Shown: positions 32,220 to 44,877 of the stretch, piece after piece | Layout: each line of letters opens with the position of its first letter | How positions within the stretch are numbered: the first letter of the stretch is position 1 | From: Leptolyngbyaceae cyanobacterium | GTDB lineage: Bacteria; Cyanobacteriota; Cyanobacteriia; Phormidesmidales; Phormidesmidaceae | Assembly (NCBI GenBank): GCA_965263355.1 | Contig: CBDHHL010000032.1 | Coordinates: forward strand, 3,200,001 to 3,264,000 | DNA length: 64,000 bases | Direction of reading: 5' to 3' | Made by a program: the position numbers and the translations under genes | The notes under the pieces: model-generated | Told to the model about the DNA's origin: nothing | Database searches by the model: none | The model's input: only the letters and a program-made list of their open reading frames with translations

Positions 32220-32923
32220 TTTTGGGCCACAAGGACACCCATCATCCCACCAATGAGAGAGTAATGGATAGCCTGATGAAATCCTGCCTCTTTGGCCAGG
32301 ATAATTTGCTTGCTGCCAATGGGAAAGCGATCCACGCTAGGACCTATATAAGCGTATTCCTCTGTCAGCCCACACCGTTCTGCTGTAGGTATGACAATGG
32401 TATCCAAGTACCATTGTTGAAACTGTTTGACTAAGGCAGAGCGAGGGCGATGAAAATCTAAAATAGCTGCCTTGGCACCCGGTTTTAAGACCCTGTGGAG
32501 TTCACTAAGACCTTTGGGAAGATTGATCAGGTTGCGGAGACCGTATCCCATGGTTAAGGCATCAAACTGATCTGCCTCAAATGGCAAATCCAGGGCATCG
32601 GCTTCAATCCAGGTAGTCCAGCTACTATACCCTTTGTTAGCAGCGCGTTGAGCGGCGATCGCAAGTTGCTCTACTGCAAAATCTGTGCCAGTCACCTGAC
32701 CCTGTGCACCTACTTGTCGGGCGAGTAAGAGCGCTAAATCGCCGCTACCGCAGCACACATCTAGCACGTTCATCCCTGGCTGCGCCCCTGCCCAATCCAC
32801 TGCCATTTGTTTCCAAATCGTATGTAGCCCAAAGCTGAGCGCTTGATTTAAGTCATCGTAGACTGGTGCAATGCGGTCAAATAAGTCACGGATATAGTTG
32901 GCGTCGGGGGGGGCCTGAGCCAT
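32216..32923 (-). CDS. menG: Demethylphylloquinone/demethylmenaquinone methyltransferase
   Basis: [39 protein letters not shown]. Confidence 0.9.
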   Translation of the reverse strand: MAQAPPDANYIRDLFDRIAPVYDDLNQALSFGLHTIWKQMAVDWAGAQPGMNVLDVCCGSGDLALLLARQVGAQGQVTGTDFAVEQLAIAAQRAANKGYSSWTTWIEADALDLPFEADQFDALTMGYGLRNLINLPKGLSELHRVLKPGAKAAILDFHRPRSALVKQFQQWYLDTIVIPTAERCGLTEEYAYIGPSVDRFPIGSKQIILAKEAGFHQAIHYSLIGGMMGVLVAQK

Positions 32924-33199
32924 CAGTCTTTTCCTATGGCAAGGGTTAGGTCGCTACTGCAGTAAATTTACTGGGAACTAGAACCGATTTTTATCATATC
33001 TGCTGCTGGTAAGCTATCTGCTGCAGATTTTTGTGTAATTCCTAGTGCCGCGTCAACGCTAAAAATTAGGATTCTGCATTGATGAAGCGTACTAGCGTCA
33101 GCCATGTCTCCAGGGCAATAGGGTAAAGAGTTTCTCTTTATCCCGTTTGATTCTTCACTCTTTACTGGCGTCATCCTAAATTTTAGGCTTGATAACCCA

Positions 33200-34102
33200 C
33201 TAGGAATGACGTATCGCTATTAGTGCTTGAGCCAGTTGATTAGTCGCAATAGTGAGAATATTACTAACATCAGCCAGCGTGCGATAGGGATGCCCCCAGT
33301 GGAGAGAAACCACCGCTAAGAGTCGATCTTGGAAAACTATGGGTGCGACTAAATGGGCGTGGGTGTTGGTCGCCTCATAGAGTGTGTCGTTGATATTGCT
33401 CGCACTGGTATCTGGTAGAGTTTGCAAGGTACGAGTTGCCACCACAGCTTGTACCAATGGGTTACTGTCTAAACTCTGACCATTGAGGTTACCAAATGCA
33501 CCGATTGGACCGTCATCTAAACACTGGATGACACATAACTGAGCTGATAGTGTTTGTCCCCAGCCATCAGCAACAAACTGGATCGCCTCACTTTCTGATA
33601 TTTGAATATGGGCAAGTTCAGCTACCCGATGCATTAATTGCTGCTGTCGGTCAGATACATAGAGTGAATGGTGACTTTCCTTGAGCAACTCATAGCTATC
33701 TGCTGCTTTTTGCACGAGTTGTTTCAGGGTGTGAGGTTCCCAAGGCTTGGTAATATAACGGTAAACCTGACCGTTGTTAATCGCCTGAACCAAATCCGTA
33801 ACGTCTGTAAACCCAGTCAGGATAATGCGAACGGTGTCAGGAAAGTCGGGCACTGTTTTACTTAGGAATTCAGTGCCACTCATATCAGGCATGCGCTGGT
33901 CAGAAATGATGACCGCAACTTCGCCATCATCTTCTAAGACTTCCAGCGCTTTCATGCCGCTCTCAGCTCTCAGCACCTGATATTCGCGACGAAAGGTCCG
34001 ATATAGCAAATCTAAGTTGTCTGGCTCATCATCGACAACTAAAAGACGAGGCTTTCGCCTGGTCAAAACTTGAGCTGCATTTAAAGGACTAACTGTATTC
34101 AT
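33200..34102 (-). CDS. Response regulator, receiver plus GAF-like domain
   Basis: LLVVDDE, ISDQRMP, ILTG, YITKPW; C-terminal GAF-like region; probable start 34102. Confidence 0.9.
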   Translation of the reverse strand: MNTVSPLNAAQVLTRRKPRLLVVDDEPDNLDLLYRTFRREYQVLRAESGMKALEVLEDDGEVAVIISDQRMPDMSGTEFLSKTVPDFPDTVRIILTGFTDVTDLVQAINNGQVYRYITKPWEPHTLKQLVQKAADSYELLKESHHSLYVSDRQQQLMHRVAELAHIQISESEAIQFVADGWGQTLSAQLCVIQCLDDGPIGAFGNLNGQSLDSNPLVQAVVATRTLQTLPDTSASNINDTLYEATNTHAHLVAPIVFQDRLLAVVSLHWGHPYRTLADVSNILTIATNQLAQALIAIRHS

Positions 34103-34301
34103 AATCGGTTGGAATACACAGAACAGAGGTTGTCCATGGGATGTTGGATATCCATGGTGACCACACAAGACTGCATTTGACTGATGTTATTAGTAAACCC
34201 AGGTGTATGGAAGAGTAACGATTGATTGGGACGATCGGTTTGGCGATGCAATATACCTGAACTATATAAGATTTAACTCAACTTAGGCTCGATACAATAG
34301 A

Positions 34302-34685
34302 ATGGCTGAGTATAAAAAACAAAAGATGTTACAGTCAGTGCTGCATGCCGCGATTAACGTTTCTAATTTGGAAGCAGCAGAGCATTTCTACGGTACCGTT
34401 CTAGGGCTGCCCAAGGTTGAGCGACCTCTTAAATTTGCTGGAACCTGGTATCAATTAGGTACCTTCCAATTGCATCTAATTGAAGCTGAGCATCAGCATA
34501 TAGGGCCATCCCCCCAGGAAAAGTGGGGTCGACGAACCCATTTAGCATTTGCGATCGCAGATTTGGAGCTTGTCAAACAGACATTGACCATAGCCAATGT
34601 GCCAATCCAAGCAAGTTCCTCGGGACGTGCTGCCATATTTATTCAAGATCCAGATGGTTATGTGATTGAATTGAGCCAACTTTAA
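34302..34685 (+). CDS. VOC/glyoxalase family protein
   Basis: HAAINV, FYGTVLGL, HLAF, DPDGYVIEL. Confidence 0.9.
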   Translation: MAEYKKQKMLQSVLHAAINVSNLEAAEHFYGTVLGLPKVERPLKFAGTWYQLGTFQLHLIEAEHQHIGPSPQEKWGRRTHLAFAIADLELVKQTLTIANVPIQASSSGRAAIFIQDPDGYVIELSQL

Positions 34686-34762
34686 TAAAGATATCAAATC
34701 AAACTGCCTCAGCATTGACGTTGGCAAAAGGTTCATGATTGGGCATGGTAGCGTAAAGATGG

Positions 34763-35740
34763 ATGTGTACTCTTAGTCTTATTCCTTTTCTTTGGGGGCT
34801 ATCCGTGAAGGTTGCTATTTTAGGATTGCCGCTTTTGTTAGCAGGGGTGCTCTTCATCGAGTTAGCTCTAAGGTTGCTATTTGGATTTGGTAATCCTCCC
34901 CTTTATATTGCTGATGAAACCATTGGATATCTTTTAGCACCTAATCAGCGAGTGCGTCGTTTTGGTAATTTAATTGCCATCAATCAATATTCAATGCGTG
35001 CTGATGAGCTTGAGAAATCTCGACCGTCGAACACCTTACGAGTACTGCTTATTGGTGACTCGATTGTCAATGGAAATTGGTGGACCGATCAATCTGCTTT
35101 ATTGTCGGTAATGCTTGAGCAAGTCCTTTTGAAACATGGCACTATCCAGGCTGCTGAAGTCCTTAATGCGTCGGCCAATTCTTGGGGACCTCGCAACGAG
35201 CTAGCTTATCTACAAAAATTTGGCATTTTTGACTCCCAAATTGTCATGTTAGTTATTAACACGGATGATTTATTTGGAGTGAAACCTAATTCACTTCAGG
35301 TGGGTAAAGACCGGAGTTACCCTGATAAGAAACCATTATTTGCCATTTTAGAACTCTCTAATCGCTTTCAAAAACAACAACCTATTGCCGGTCTAAAGGA
35401 GATTCAAAATGAGAAAGGTGACCGTATTGGGAAAAATTTAATGGCAATTGCTGACATCAAGCAATACGTCGATGCCCATGATGGTCTGTTGTTGTTAGCC
35501 ATGACGCCACTCAAACGAGAGGTGATCAATGGGCCGCGAGACTATGAGATGGCTGCACGTCAGCGGGTTGATGAATTTGTTACTCAACAACAAATTCCCT
35601 ATGTAGATTTTTTATCATCCTTTCAAGCTACGCCAGTACCCGATAGCCTTTATCGCGATCATATTCATCTCAGTCCTAATGGTAGTACCTTGGTAGTCCA
35701 ATCCTTAAATGAGTTAATTCTAAAAGCCCTGCCTGATTGA
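34763..35740 (+). CDS. SGNH/GDSL hydrolase
   Basis: IGDS, NASANSWG, DHIHLS..G. Confidence 0.88.
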   Translation: MCTLSLIPFLWGLSVKVAILGLPLLLAGVLFIELALRLLFGFGNPPLYIADETIGYLLAPNQRVRRFGNLIAINQYSMRADELEKSRPSNTLRVLLIGDSIVNGNWWTDQSALLSVMLEQVLLKHGTIQAAEVLNASANSWGPRNELAYLQKFGIFDSQIVMLVINTDDLFGVKPNSLQVGKDRSYPDKKPLFAILELSNRFQKQQPIAGLKEIQNEKGDRIGKNLMAIADIKQYVDAHDGLLLLAMTPLKREVINGPRDYEMAARQRVDEFVTQQQIPYVDFLSSFQATPVPDSLYRDHIHLSPNGSTLVVQSLNELILKALPD

Positions 35741-35782
35741 GATCGTTGTTTCCCCTGAGCAGGGGTGTGGTAATATCAACCA

Positions 35783-35865
35783 CACAGCTAGGGGTGCCCG
35801 CATAGCAGGCTGAGATTATACCCTCGGAACCTGAGTCTGGATAATGCCAGCGTAGGGAAGCAGCC
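35783..35865 (+). ncRNA. TPP riboswitch
   Basis: AGGGGTGC...GGCTGAGA..ATACCC..GAACCTGA..CTGGATAATGCCAGCGTAGGGAAG consensus, upstream of a symporter and thiC. Confidence 0.95.
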
Positions 35866-35982
35866 GATTTGATTGACTGTGTATTGCCAAGCGCATCCGT
35901 GGGCAAGTCAAAGGAGAGTTCTGTAATCTACAGACAATGCTCATTGCTCCTAGTGTTTTGCCTAACAAGATGAGGAAGGACT

Positions 35983-38930
<2,948 letters not shown>

Positions 38931-38975
38931 TAACACATCACTCCGATTATGGTTTGATTAGAGTTAGACGTGAGA

Positions 38976-39004
38976 AGAGACAGGTTTAGGATAGGCCTGT
39001 CTCT
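38976..39004. terminator. Hairpin between convergent genes
   Basis: AGAGACAGG...CCTGTCTCT. Confidence 0.55.
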
Positions 39005-39022
39005 GTTGTTGTATCTAGCTAG

Positions 39023-39391
39023 CTAAAGCAGGTGGTTTAATAGCAGTAGAGCACTGAGGACCAGGGTTAGAGCGACTAACCATTGCCAGGGTTGATCTAG
39101 ATTGCGTAAGAAACGTCCCCACTGTTTATAAAATTTAACCAAGTCTGCATAGAGATTGTCCTGGGGAGGGTGAGTAGAGGGAGGCCCTGCGTCGTTAGGA
39201 GGGTTAGCGGGAACCTCTCTATGTGGGGGACATAGAGGTTCCTGACCTCGAGGGAATGGTGCAGAACCATATGGGCTCAGTGGGCGACGTAGAGATGTAA
39301 TCGGCGCAAAGTTGCCACGATATTGTTGTGTCGCCGCCCGTCCCCGTAGGGGCGGTTTTACCCTCGATGTACGATGGGGTAAACGAGTCAT
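39023..39391 (-). CDS. Hypothetical Pro-rich protein with C-terminal TM helix
   Basis: ATG overlaps the haloperoxidase stop (ATGA); hydrophobic C-terminus; N-terminal part doubtful. Confidence 0.4.
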   Translation of the reverse strand: MTRLPHRTSRVKPPLRGRAATQQYRGNFAPITSLRRPLSPYGSAPFPRGQEPLCPPHREVPANPPNDAGPPSTHPPQDNLYADLVKFYKQWGRFLRNLDQPWQWLVALTLVLSALLLLNHLL

Positions 39392-41349
39392 CGGCGACCA
39401 ATCCTTACAACTTCACCATCAAACGTGGGTACAGAGAGTACAAAGGGATCGGTGGAGTAGGTCAGTGCCTGCTCTTCGAGAATACCCAGGGCAATTTCTT
39501 CACCCATGCGTAGACTGTCGAAGTAGTCACTAAAGTAATGAACACCCGCCATATCGCGACCAATGGAAATGTTGGCAGCGAGTTTATTGAGTTCACCTTC
39601 TAGGGTGAGGAATTTATCAGATTCCTCATCTTTTATTTCCTCTGCGATTAGCTTGGTGATGATGGTGTGAGTATCAGTAACCTGAGGAGCACGGAAGAGA
39701 ACAGCTTGATCCCCATGGGCTAACCGCTTAAAGGCAATCTTTTTGTCACCAGATTCCTCATCCTCGTATTTGACCAGGACAGCATTGGTGTCAAAGAAAG
39801 CCTTCAAGATGGTGACACAAGCCCCAGCAACGGTTGCATGACCTGCACCATAGGCCGGGTGCATTGGCGATCCCTCAGGAAAGGCCATAGGCAATAGATA
39901 GGTGCCGCCCTCATCAGGGTTATCGGCATTAGCCTTTTGAGTTAATTGACAAATCTTATCAAGGGTACCGTTTGCCTTTAGCTCCTCAGAAAACTTACCC
40001 ATGATATTGAGCAGTTGTGGAGAAACCTCTTTCTTGGCAATCTCACTTAATCCATCAAAGCGTCTTACCAGTTCAATTCGGGCAGCTAGTGCCTCTGGAC
40101 GTAGCCGAATATGGCTGTTGAACTTTTGAAAACGAACGGCTTTAAGTGCTCGGGTGGCAACCTCAGTCACGAGATTAAGAATGTGAGGGCCACCATATAG
40201 AGCAAAGCCACCTGCATTCCGTCTTGTTTTCACATCGCCTGCGGCTGCCCCCACACCAGATAGATGATCAAATGCAGGATCAAAGGGGGTGCCCATACCT
40301 AGAAGAATGATGCAAGCATTGAGGTACGCCTCGTAAAGTGCATCATAGTGAACATAGGTTGCCAGGTCGCGGGGGGTGGAAATAAAGCGACGGGCTGCCC
40401 GTGCTTTGCCAGTGTCTTTCTCCTCGGGCTTATAGCTCTCTGGACTGGGGCGAAGACCTCTCTGAGTGGCTACATAGGACTTCATGTCAGTCATGTAGTC
40501 TACACAGGGCGTGGCAATAGGAACTCGCTGATCAATTTCTAGAACACCGTAGGTAATCTTGCCATCGGCAACGTGGCCACCACCATTCACATCGGTATTA
40601 CCAATGAGTAGAAACTGAGAGAGGTAGGGACCCACTTCCACACCGGGGGATGAGCCGCGAAAGAGTGTTTGGGCATCAAATTCGGAATTAGCATTCACCT
40701 TACGGGGACGACCGGTTTGATTGCTGACGTAGCTAAGGTTGTTGAGACGGTCGATTGCATCTTTAACTTCTGGGGTGGAGTGTCCGTTTTCGAAAGCATT
40801 TAGGGGCTGATCCCTTAAAATCGCTAGCTCATAAACCTCTGCCATTTCCAAAACAAGCTCTGGATTGACATTGCCTGTTTCGTTCAACAGGGGTGGCGCA
40901 GGCGGCATAGTAACCGCTTGAGGGTCTGGTCCCTGCAGCTCAAAAACAATTCCTGCAGTAGGGGCTTCCCACTGTCGGAAGTTTTTACTAAGTTCGACGT
41001 TTTCTGTGTTTATAAAATCTATAGGGTCAACCTTAAAGCCTACAGGGTCAGGCTTATCGTCTGCCTTGACCTCATTAACCTTAAATTTTGCTCCATGGCG
41101 CACTCGATCACTAAATGGGTCAATAAAACCATCATCAATAGAGCGACGAAACTCTACAAAATCTTGTGGATCTTGAATTAACCCAGTCTCTTCGTTATGG
41201 GGTAGCCCCTTAGTGAAAGACATAAAATACTTAGAGTCAGCGTAACGCTGTTCGTCTCCATTTGCTAGATGGGTGGGGTACTCGCGGCTTCTGGCAAGTT
41301 CTGCGGCTTCTAGACGAACTGCATAGGACTCTTGGCGACGATCTGACAT
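39388..41349 (-). CDS. Vanadium-dependent haloperoxidase (bromoperoxidase type)
   Basis: SFTKGLPH, PRDLATYVHYDALY, RFQKF..HIRLRPEA, EGSPMHPAYGAGHA, ELNKLAANISIGRDMAGVHY; start ATG 41349. Confidence 0.94.
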   Translation of the reverse strand: MSDRRQESYAVRLEAAELARSREYPTHLANGDEQRYADSKYFMSFTKGLPHNEETGLIQDPQDFVEFRRSIDDGFIDPFSDRVRHGAKFKVNEVKADDKPDPVGFKVDPIDFINTENVELSKNFRQWEAPTAGIVFELQGPDPQAVTMPPAPPLLNETGNVNPELVLEMAEVYELAILRDQPLNAFENGHSTPEVKDAIDRLNNLSYVSNQTGRPRKVNANSEFDAQTLFRGSSPGVEVGPYLSQFLLIGNTDVNGGGHVADGKITYGVLEIDQRVPIATPCVDYMTDMKSYVATQRGLRPSPESYKPEEKDTGKARAARRFISTPRDLATYVHYDALYEAYLNACIILLGMGTPFDPAFDHLSGVGAAAGDVKTRRNAGGFALYGGPHILNLVTEVATRALKAVRFQKFNSHIRLRPEALAARIELVRRFDGLSEIAKKEVSPQLLNIMGKFSEELKANGTLDKICQLTQKANADNPDEGGTYLLPMAFPEGSPMHPAYGAGHATVAGACVTILKAFFDTNAVLVKYEDEESGDKKIAFKRLAHGDQAVLFRAPQVTDTHTIITKLIAEEIKDEESDKFLTLEGELNKLAANISIGRDMAGVHYFSDYFDSLRMGEEIALGILEEQALTYSTDPFVLSVPTFDGEVVRIGRR

Positions 41350-41490
41350 AAGAATCTCCCTACAAAAAACGGTAGGATGTTTCCAACCTTGGAACATCCA
41401 CAACTTAATAACAGAGGTGTGTGATTCAAATGTAAGAGCTGCAATTAAGATCGCCAGTACCCTGTAGGGTGATTTAAATTACCTCAAGGG

Positions 41491-42087
41491 CTATTTAAGC
41501 CCTTGCCAGCGAGCTTGGATGTCACTGATTGTGTAGACTGCCTTGAAGTCAATACCTTCTTTGGCATAGTACTCTGCGCCTCCCTGCTGACGATCAACCA
41601 GGGAAATAACTTGGTTGACTGTGTAGCCTGCGGCCCGCAGACGAACGATAGCTTTCATTGCAGACTGGCCAGTAGTGACGACATCTTCCAAAATCACTAC
41701 GTTGCTGTTGTCTGGTAAGGTAGGACCTTCTATGTAAGCACCCGTGCCATGACCCTTGGCTTCTTTGCGAACAATTAGAGGTGTGATAGAACGACCCTCG
41801 TACGCGGCGACAACGCTCACGGCTGTGACAATTGGGTCTGCACCTAAGGTGAGTCCGCCAACTCCTACAACGCTATCATCCAAATAGTTAAGCAGTACTT
41901 GACCTACCATCTGTCCCCCTTGGGGATGGAGAGTAACAAGTTTGCCATTGATGTAATAAGTGCTCTGCTGCCCAGATGACAGGACAAAATTGCCTTCCTT
42001 GTAAGCGTCGGTGCAAATTAAATCCAGTAACTGTTGTTTAACGATAGCTAGGTCAGCGGACATAGGAGCCATAGTAGTCGAGAACAA
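41491..42087 (-). CDS. pyrE: Orotate phosphoribosyltransferase
   Basis: F.LSSG..S.YY, VRKEAKGHG, ILEDVVTTGQS. Confidence 0.96.
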   Translation of the reverse strand: MFSTTMAPMSADLAIVKQQLLDLICTDAYKEGNFVLSSGQQSTYYINGKLVTLHPQGGQMVGQVLLNYLDDSVVGVGGLTLGADPIVTAVSVVAAYEGRSITPLIVRKEAKGHGTGAYIEGPTLPDNSNVVILEDVVTTGQSAMKAIVRLRAAGYTVNQVISLVDRQQGGAEYYAKEGIDFKAVYTISDIQARWQGLK

Positions 42088-42301
42088 TAAATTAGTGGGT
42101 ACTTTGGAAAAGTGTTAGCTAATAATTTTGAATTATGTAGTTCAAAAATGTTGCAAAAGTTAGTAAAACAGATAAGATAGAAGCCAGTTTTTGTTAGTAG
42201 CTAAGCTTTAATTTTTAGCGGATTTATATTAACTGCTGGATATTGCTTAGTTAGTGTATCGATTTTTATGAACCGGGGTACTATATGCCCCAAATTGTGA
42301 G

Positions 42302-42739
42302 GTGAAGCCCATCATGAAACTCAAGGGATTAGTACTCGGCACAGCGGTTGCGATCGCAGCTATATCAACAGTGGCAGCCCGTGCCAACGCTCAGAATGCC
42401 ACATTTACCGAACCCACCGTGCTGGAAACGATGGATGACATTGTTACTCGTCACAGTGGCAACTATGACAAAGACCGTAACAATTTTCGTCAAATAGCTC
42501 ACTACTTTGGTATCGGCTTACCGAGTTCTTACCCTGAGCTTGAACTGGATCGTAATGGTCGGGGAGTTCTAGAAGCTTACAATGAACTGATGTTCCTCCA
42601 AACCCGTAACACCCCAGTATTACGGGTGCCTGATTTAGCTAATCCTTACTCAACCTCATTGCAAATGTTACCTGGGGCTCAATCCCGTGGTCGCGTTGTG
42701 GGCACTGAGCTTAACTTTGAACCGCTACCAAGACGCTAA
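42302..42739 (+). CDS. Hypothetical secreted protein
   Basis: Signal peptide ending ANA; YPE...RVPDLANPY.TSL motif. Confidence 0.7.
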   Translation: MKPIMKLKGLVLGTAVAIAAISTVAARANAQNATFTEPTVLETMDDIVTRHSGNYDKDRNNFRQIAHYFGIGLPSSYPELELDRNGRGVLEAYNELMFLQTRNTPVLRVPDLANPYSTSLQMLPGAQSRGRVVGTELNFEPLPRR

Positions 42740-42744
42740 AACTA

Positions 42745-42775
42745 AATCCCCGGAGACTCAAGGAATCCGGGGATT
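42745..42775. terminator. Hairpin between convergent CDS and tRNA
   Basis: AATCCCCGGA...TCCGGGGATT. Confidence 0.65.
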
Positions 42776-42777
42776 AA

Positions 42778-42850
42778 TCCAGGGTGCAGGAATCGAACCT
42801 GCCTGAGGCGAATTATGAGTTCGCTGCCTAATCCGCTCGGCCAACCCTGG
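42778..42850 (-). tRNA. trnI: tRNA with CAT anticodon, most likely tRNA-Ile2 (lysidine)
   Basis: Reverse complement CCAGGGTTGGCCGAGCGGATTAGGCAGCGAACTCATAATTCGCCTCAGGCAGGTTCGATTCCTGCACCCTGGA; the AACTCATAATT arm resembles plastid trnI-CAU; CCA not encoded. Confidence 0.9.
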
Positions 42851-43023
42851 TTGAATGGCAGTAGAGCTACTAGACTCGTTATATCATAGCCAACTATCCA
42901 AAGTAGATGAGCAATAGTTTTTGATATATTTTAGATAAAGTGTGCTTTTCTAAGGGTACACTTCTACCTGTTAATATTCCGTCAAGTCCTCTTGTTGCTC
43001 CGGTAGATTTTTCCCTCACACCT

Positions 43024-43284
43024 ATGAGAGTTAATCCAGCAATTGCATTTACATTGATACTGCTGGCAGCCATGTTTGGCTCAGGGATTGTTAGCGCATC
43101 TTGGGGCTATTCACTGGGACGGCAGGCCCTTACCGGTATTCGCCAACCAGAAACTCGACCTGCTAGCGCCTCAACGGCTAGTCGAAGTACCACTCAAACG
43201 AGTGACTTTGTCCTCTTAAAAGAGGACGATATTCTCAAGAATGTCAAGGCTCGGATCGAAGGTGGTTTGGATACTGCTGAGTAG
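43024..43284 (+). CDS. Hypothetical membrane-anchored protein
   Basis: N-terminal TM, G..AL.GI.QP..RP, L.E..I..V motif; start probably 43024. Confidence 0.65.
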   Translation: MRVNPAIAFTLILLAAMFGSGIVSASWGYSLGRQALTGIRQPETRPASASTASRSTTQTSDFVLLKEDDILKNVKARIEGGLDTAE

Positions 43285-43326
43285 TTGGACGATGCAGCAA
43301 CTATATAAACCTAGCCCCTTAGGGGT

Positions 43327-44721
43327 TTGGCAATGGCTGGGCAGGATTTAGTGAGTAACGGTGGGTTACCAATTAGTGCTGCAGGTGTTGTGGTCCGTCT
43401 GCTTGTTATCGGAGCATTGATTGTCCTCAATGCCTTTTTTGTGGCAGCTGAATTTTCGATTGTATCGGTACGACGTTCTCGCATTAATCAGCTGGCTTCA
43501 GTCGGAGATGTACAAGCTCAAACCGTACAGAGTTTGCAGCAAAGTATTGATCGTCTGCTACCCACTACTCAAATTGGAATTACATTGGCTAGTCTGGCCC
43601 TAGGCTGGATTGGGGAAGATACCCTTGCCCTACTTTTACATCACTGGTTACGGCGGCTACCGATTCCTGTTTCAGTGTTGTCCCATGGCGTCGCCTTGAT
43701 CATTGCGTTTTGGAGCCTTGCCTATTTGCAAATTGTTCTGGGGGAACTACTCCCTAAATCTTTGGCGTTAAGCTATTCAGAACAAACATCTCGTTTATTA
43801 GGGCCAGTTAGTTTGACGGTGGCTCGCTTATTTTCACCCGTTGTGTGGATACTAAATCTTTCTACTCAAGGATTACTAAGTCTGGTTGGGTTACAGGAGC
43901 GGCGTCAATCAGATAGTCAACTGACTTCGGATGAACTGCAGATGATCATTAGTACCCCGACCGCTGTGCTCGACTTGGACCAGGAAGAGCGAGAAATTCT
44001 CAATAATGTCTTTGAGACGAGGGACTTTACCGTAGAAGACATTATGGTGCCACGGACACAAATTGTGGCCTTGGAGGACACAGCTACCTGGCAGGATTTG
44101 TTAAACATTGTGGTTGAGACTGGCTATTCTCAGTTCCCATTGCTGGGTGACTCCCTTGATAGTATTAGTGGCATTCTTGACTTTAAGGCGATGGCCGAAC
44201 CCTTGGCTAAAGGGCAGTTGACCGTTACGACACCAGTGAGTCCTTGGATGAAAGAAGCACGCGTTGTACCTACGGATGTGCCTCTGAGCGATTTGCTGAG
44301 TCGTATGCAACGGTCGAACAATTCCATGATGATCGTGGTCGATAACTATGGTGGCACAGCTGGTTTGGTGACTTGGTCAGATGTGACGTCTGAGCTAATT
44401 GGGGACGAGGATGAAAATATTCCAGGGGATATCGCTTATTTAGATGACTATTCGGTCTTGGTTCCAGCTCAAATGGAAATTGATGTGGTGAACAAGCAGT
44501 TTGCCTTGGCATTGCCAGCTACAGATGACTACCAAACCCTGGCGGGATTTGTTATTCACTCTCTGCAGAAAATTCCTGCAGCTGGTGAGCAGCTTGCTTA
44601 TAGTGATGATTTGGTCTTTACGGTAAAGACTGTCAAAGGGCCTAAACTGGAGCAAATTCAAATTACACGCCATCAGGTGCCTCTACGCTATCGACTGCCC
44701 CACAGACAACCAGGAAACTGA
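43327..44721 (+). CDS. HlyC/CorC (CNNM, DUF21-CBS) transporter family protein
   Basis: NAFFVAAEFSIV, QIGIT, GELLPK, IMVPR, VVDNYGGTAG, YQTLAG. Confidence 0.93.
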   Translation: MAMAGQDLVSNGGLPISAAGVVVRLLVIGALIVLNAFFVAAEFSIVSVRRSRINQLASVGDVQAQTVQSLQQSIDRLLPTTQIGITLASLALGWIGEDTLALLLHHWLRRLPIPVSVLSHGVALIIAFWSLAYLQIVLGELLPKSLALSYSEQTSRLLGPVSLTVARLFSPVVWILNLSTQGLLSLVGLQERRQSDSQLTSDELQMIISTPTAVLDLDQEEREILNNVFETRDFTVEDIMVPRTQIVALEDTATWQDLLNIVVETGYSQFPLLGDSLDSISGILDFKAMAEPLAKGQLTVTTPVSPWMKEARVVPTDVPLSDLLSRMQRSNNSMMIVVDNYGGTAGLVTWSDVTSELIGDEDENIPGDIAYLDDYSVLVPAQMEIDVVNKQFALALPATDDYQTLAGFVIHSLQKIPAAGEQLAYSDDLVFTVKTVKGPKLEQIQITRHQVPLRYRLPHRQPGN

Positions 44722-44877
44722 CACAACGTTAGCGGTTGATAATCCTCGACTTAGGCACAATTCTGAATAAGAAAAGCATTTCGCCAATATGCAACCAAAG
44801 AACTAAGGACTGCTGTGGTAATATCTGGTTGACTTTAAGGAACGTAAAGTCATTCTGGGAGCGAATAGCTCTCTGGT

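Noticed and set aside
32968..33174. 68-aa ORF between menG and the response regulator
   Set aside because: No recognisable motif; cannot be supported
42778..42850. tRNA as an island integration site, or as tRNA-Met
   Set aside because: No integrase or duplicated 3' end seen; the sequence fits the Ile2 type better than initiator or elongator Met
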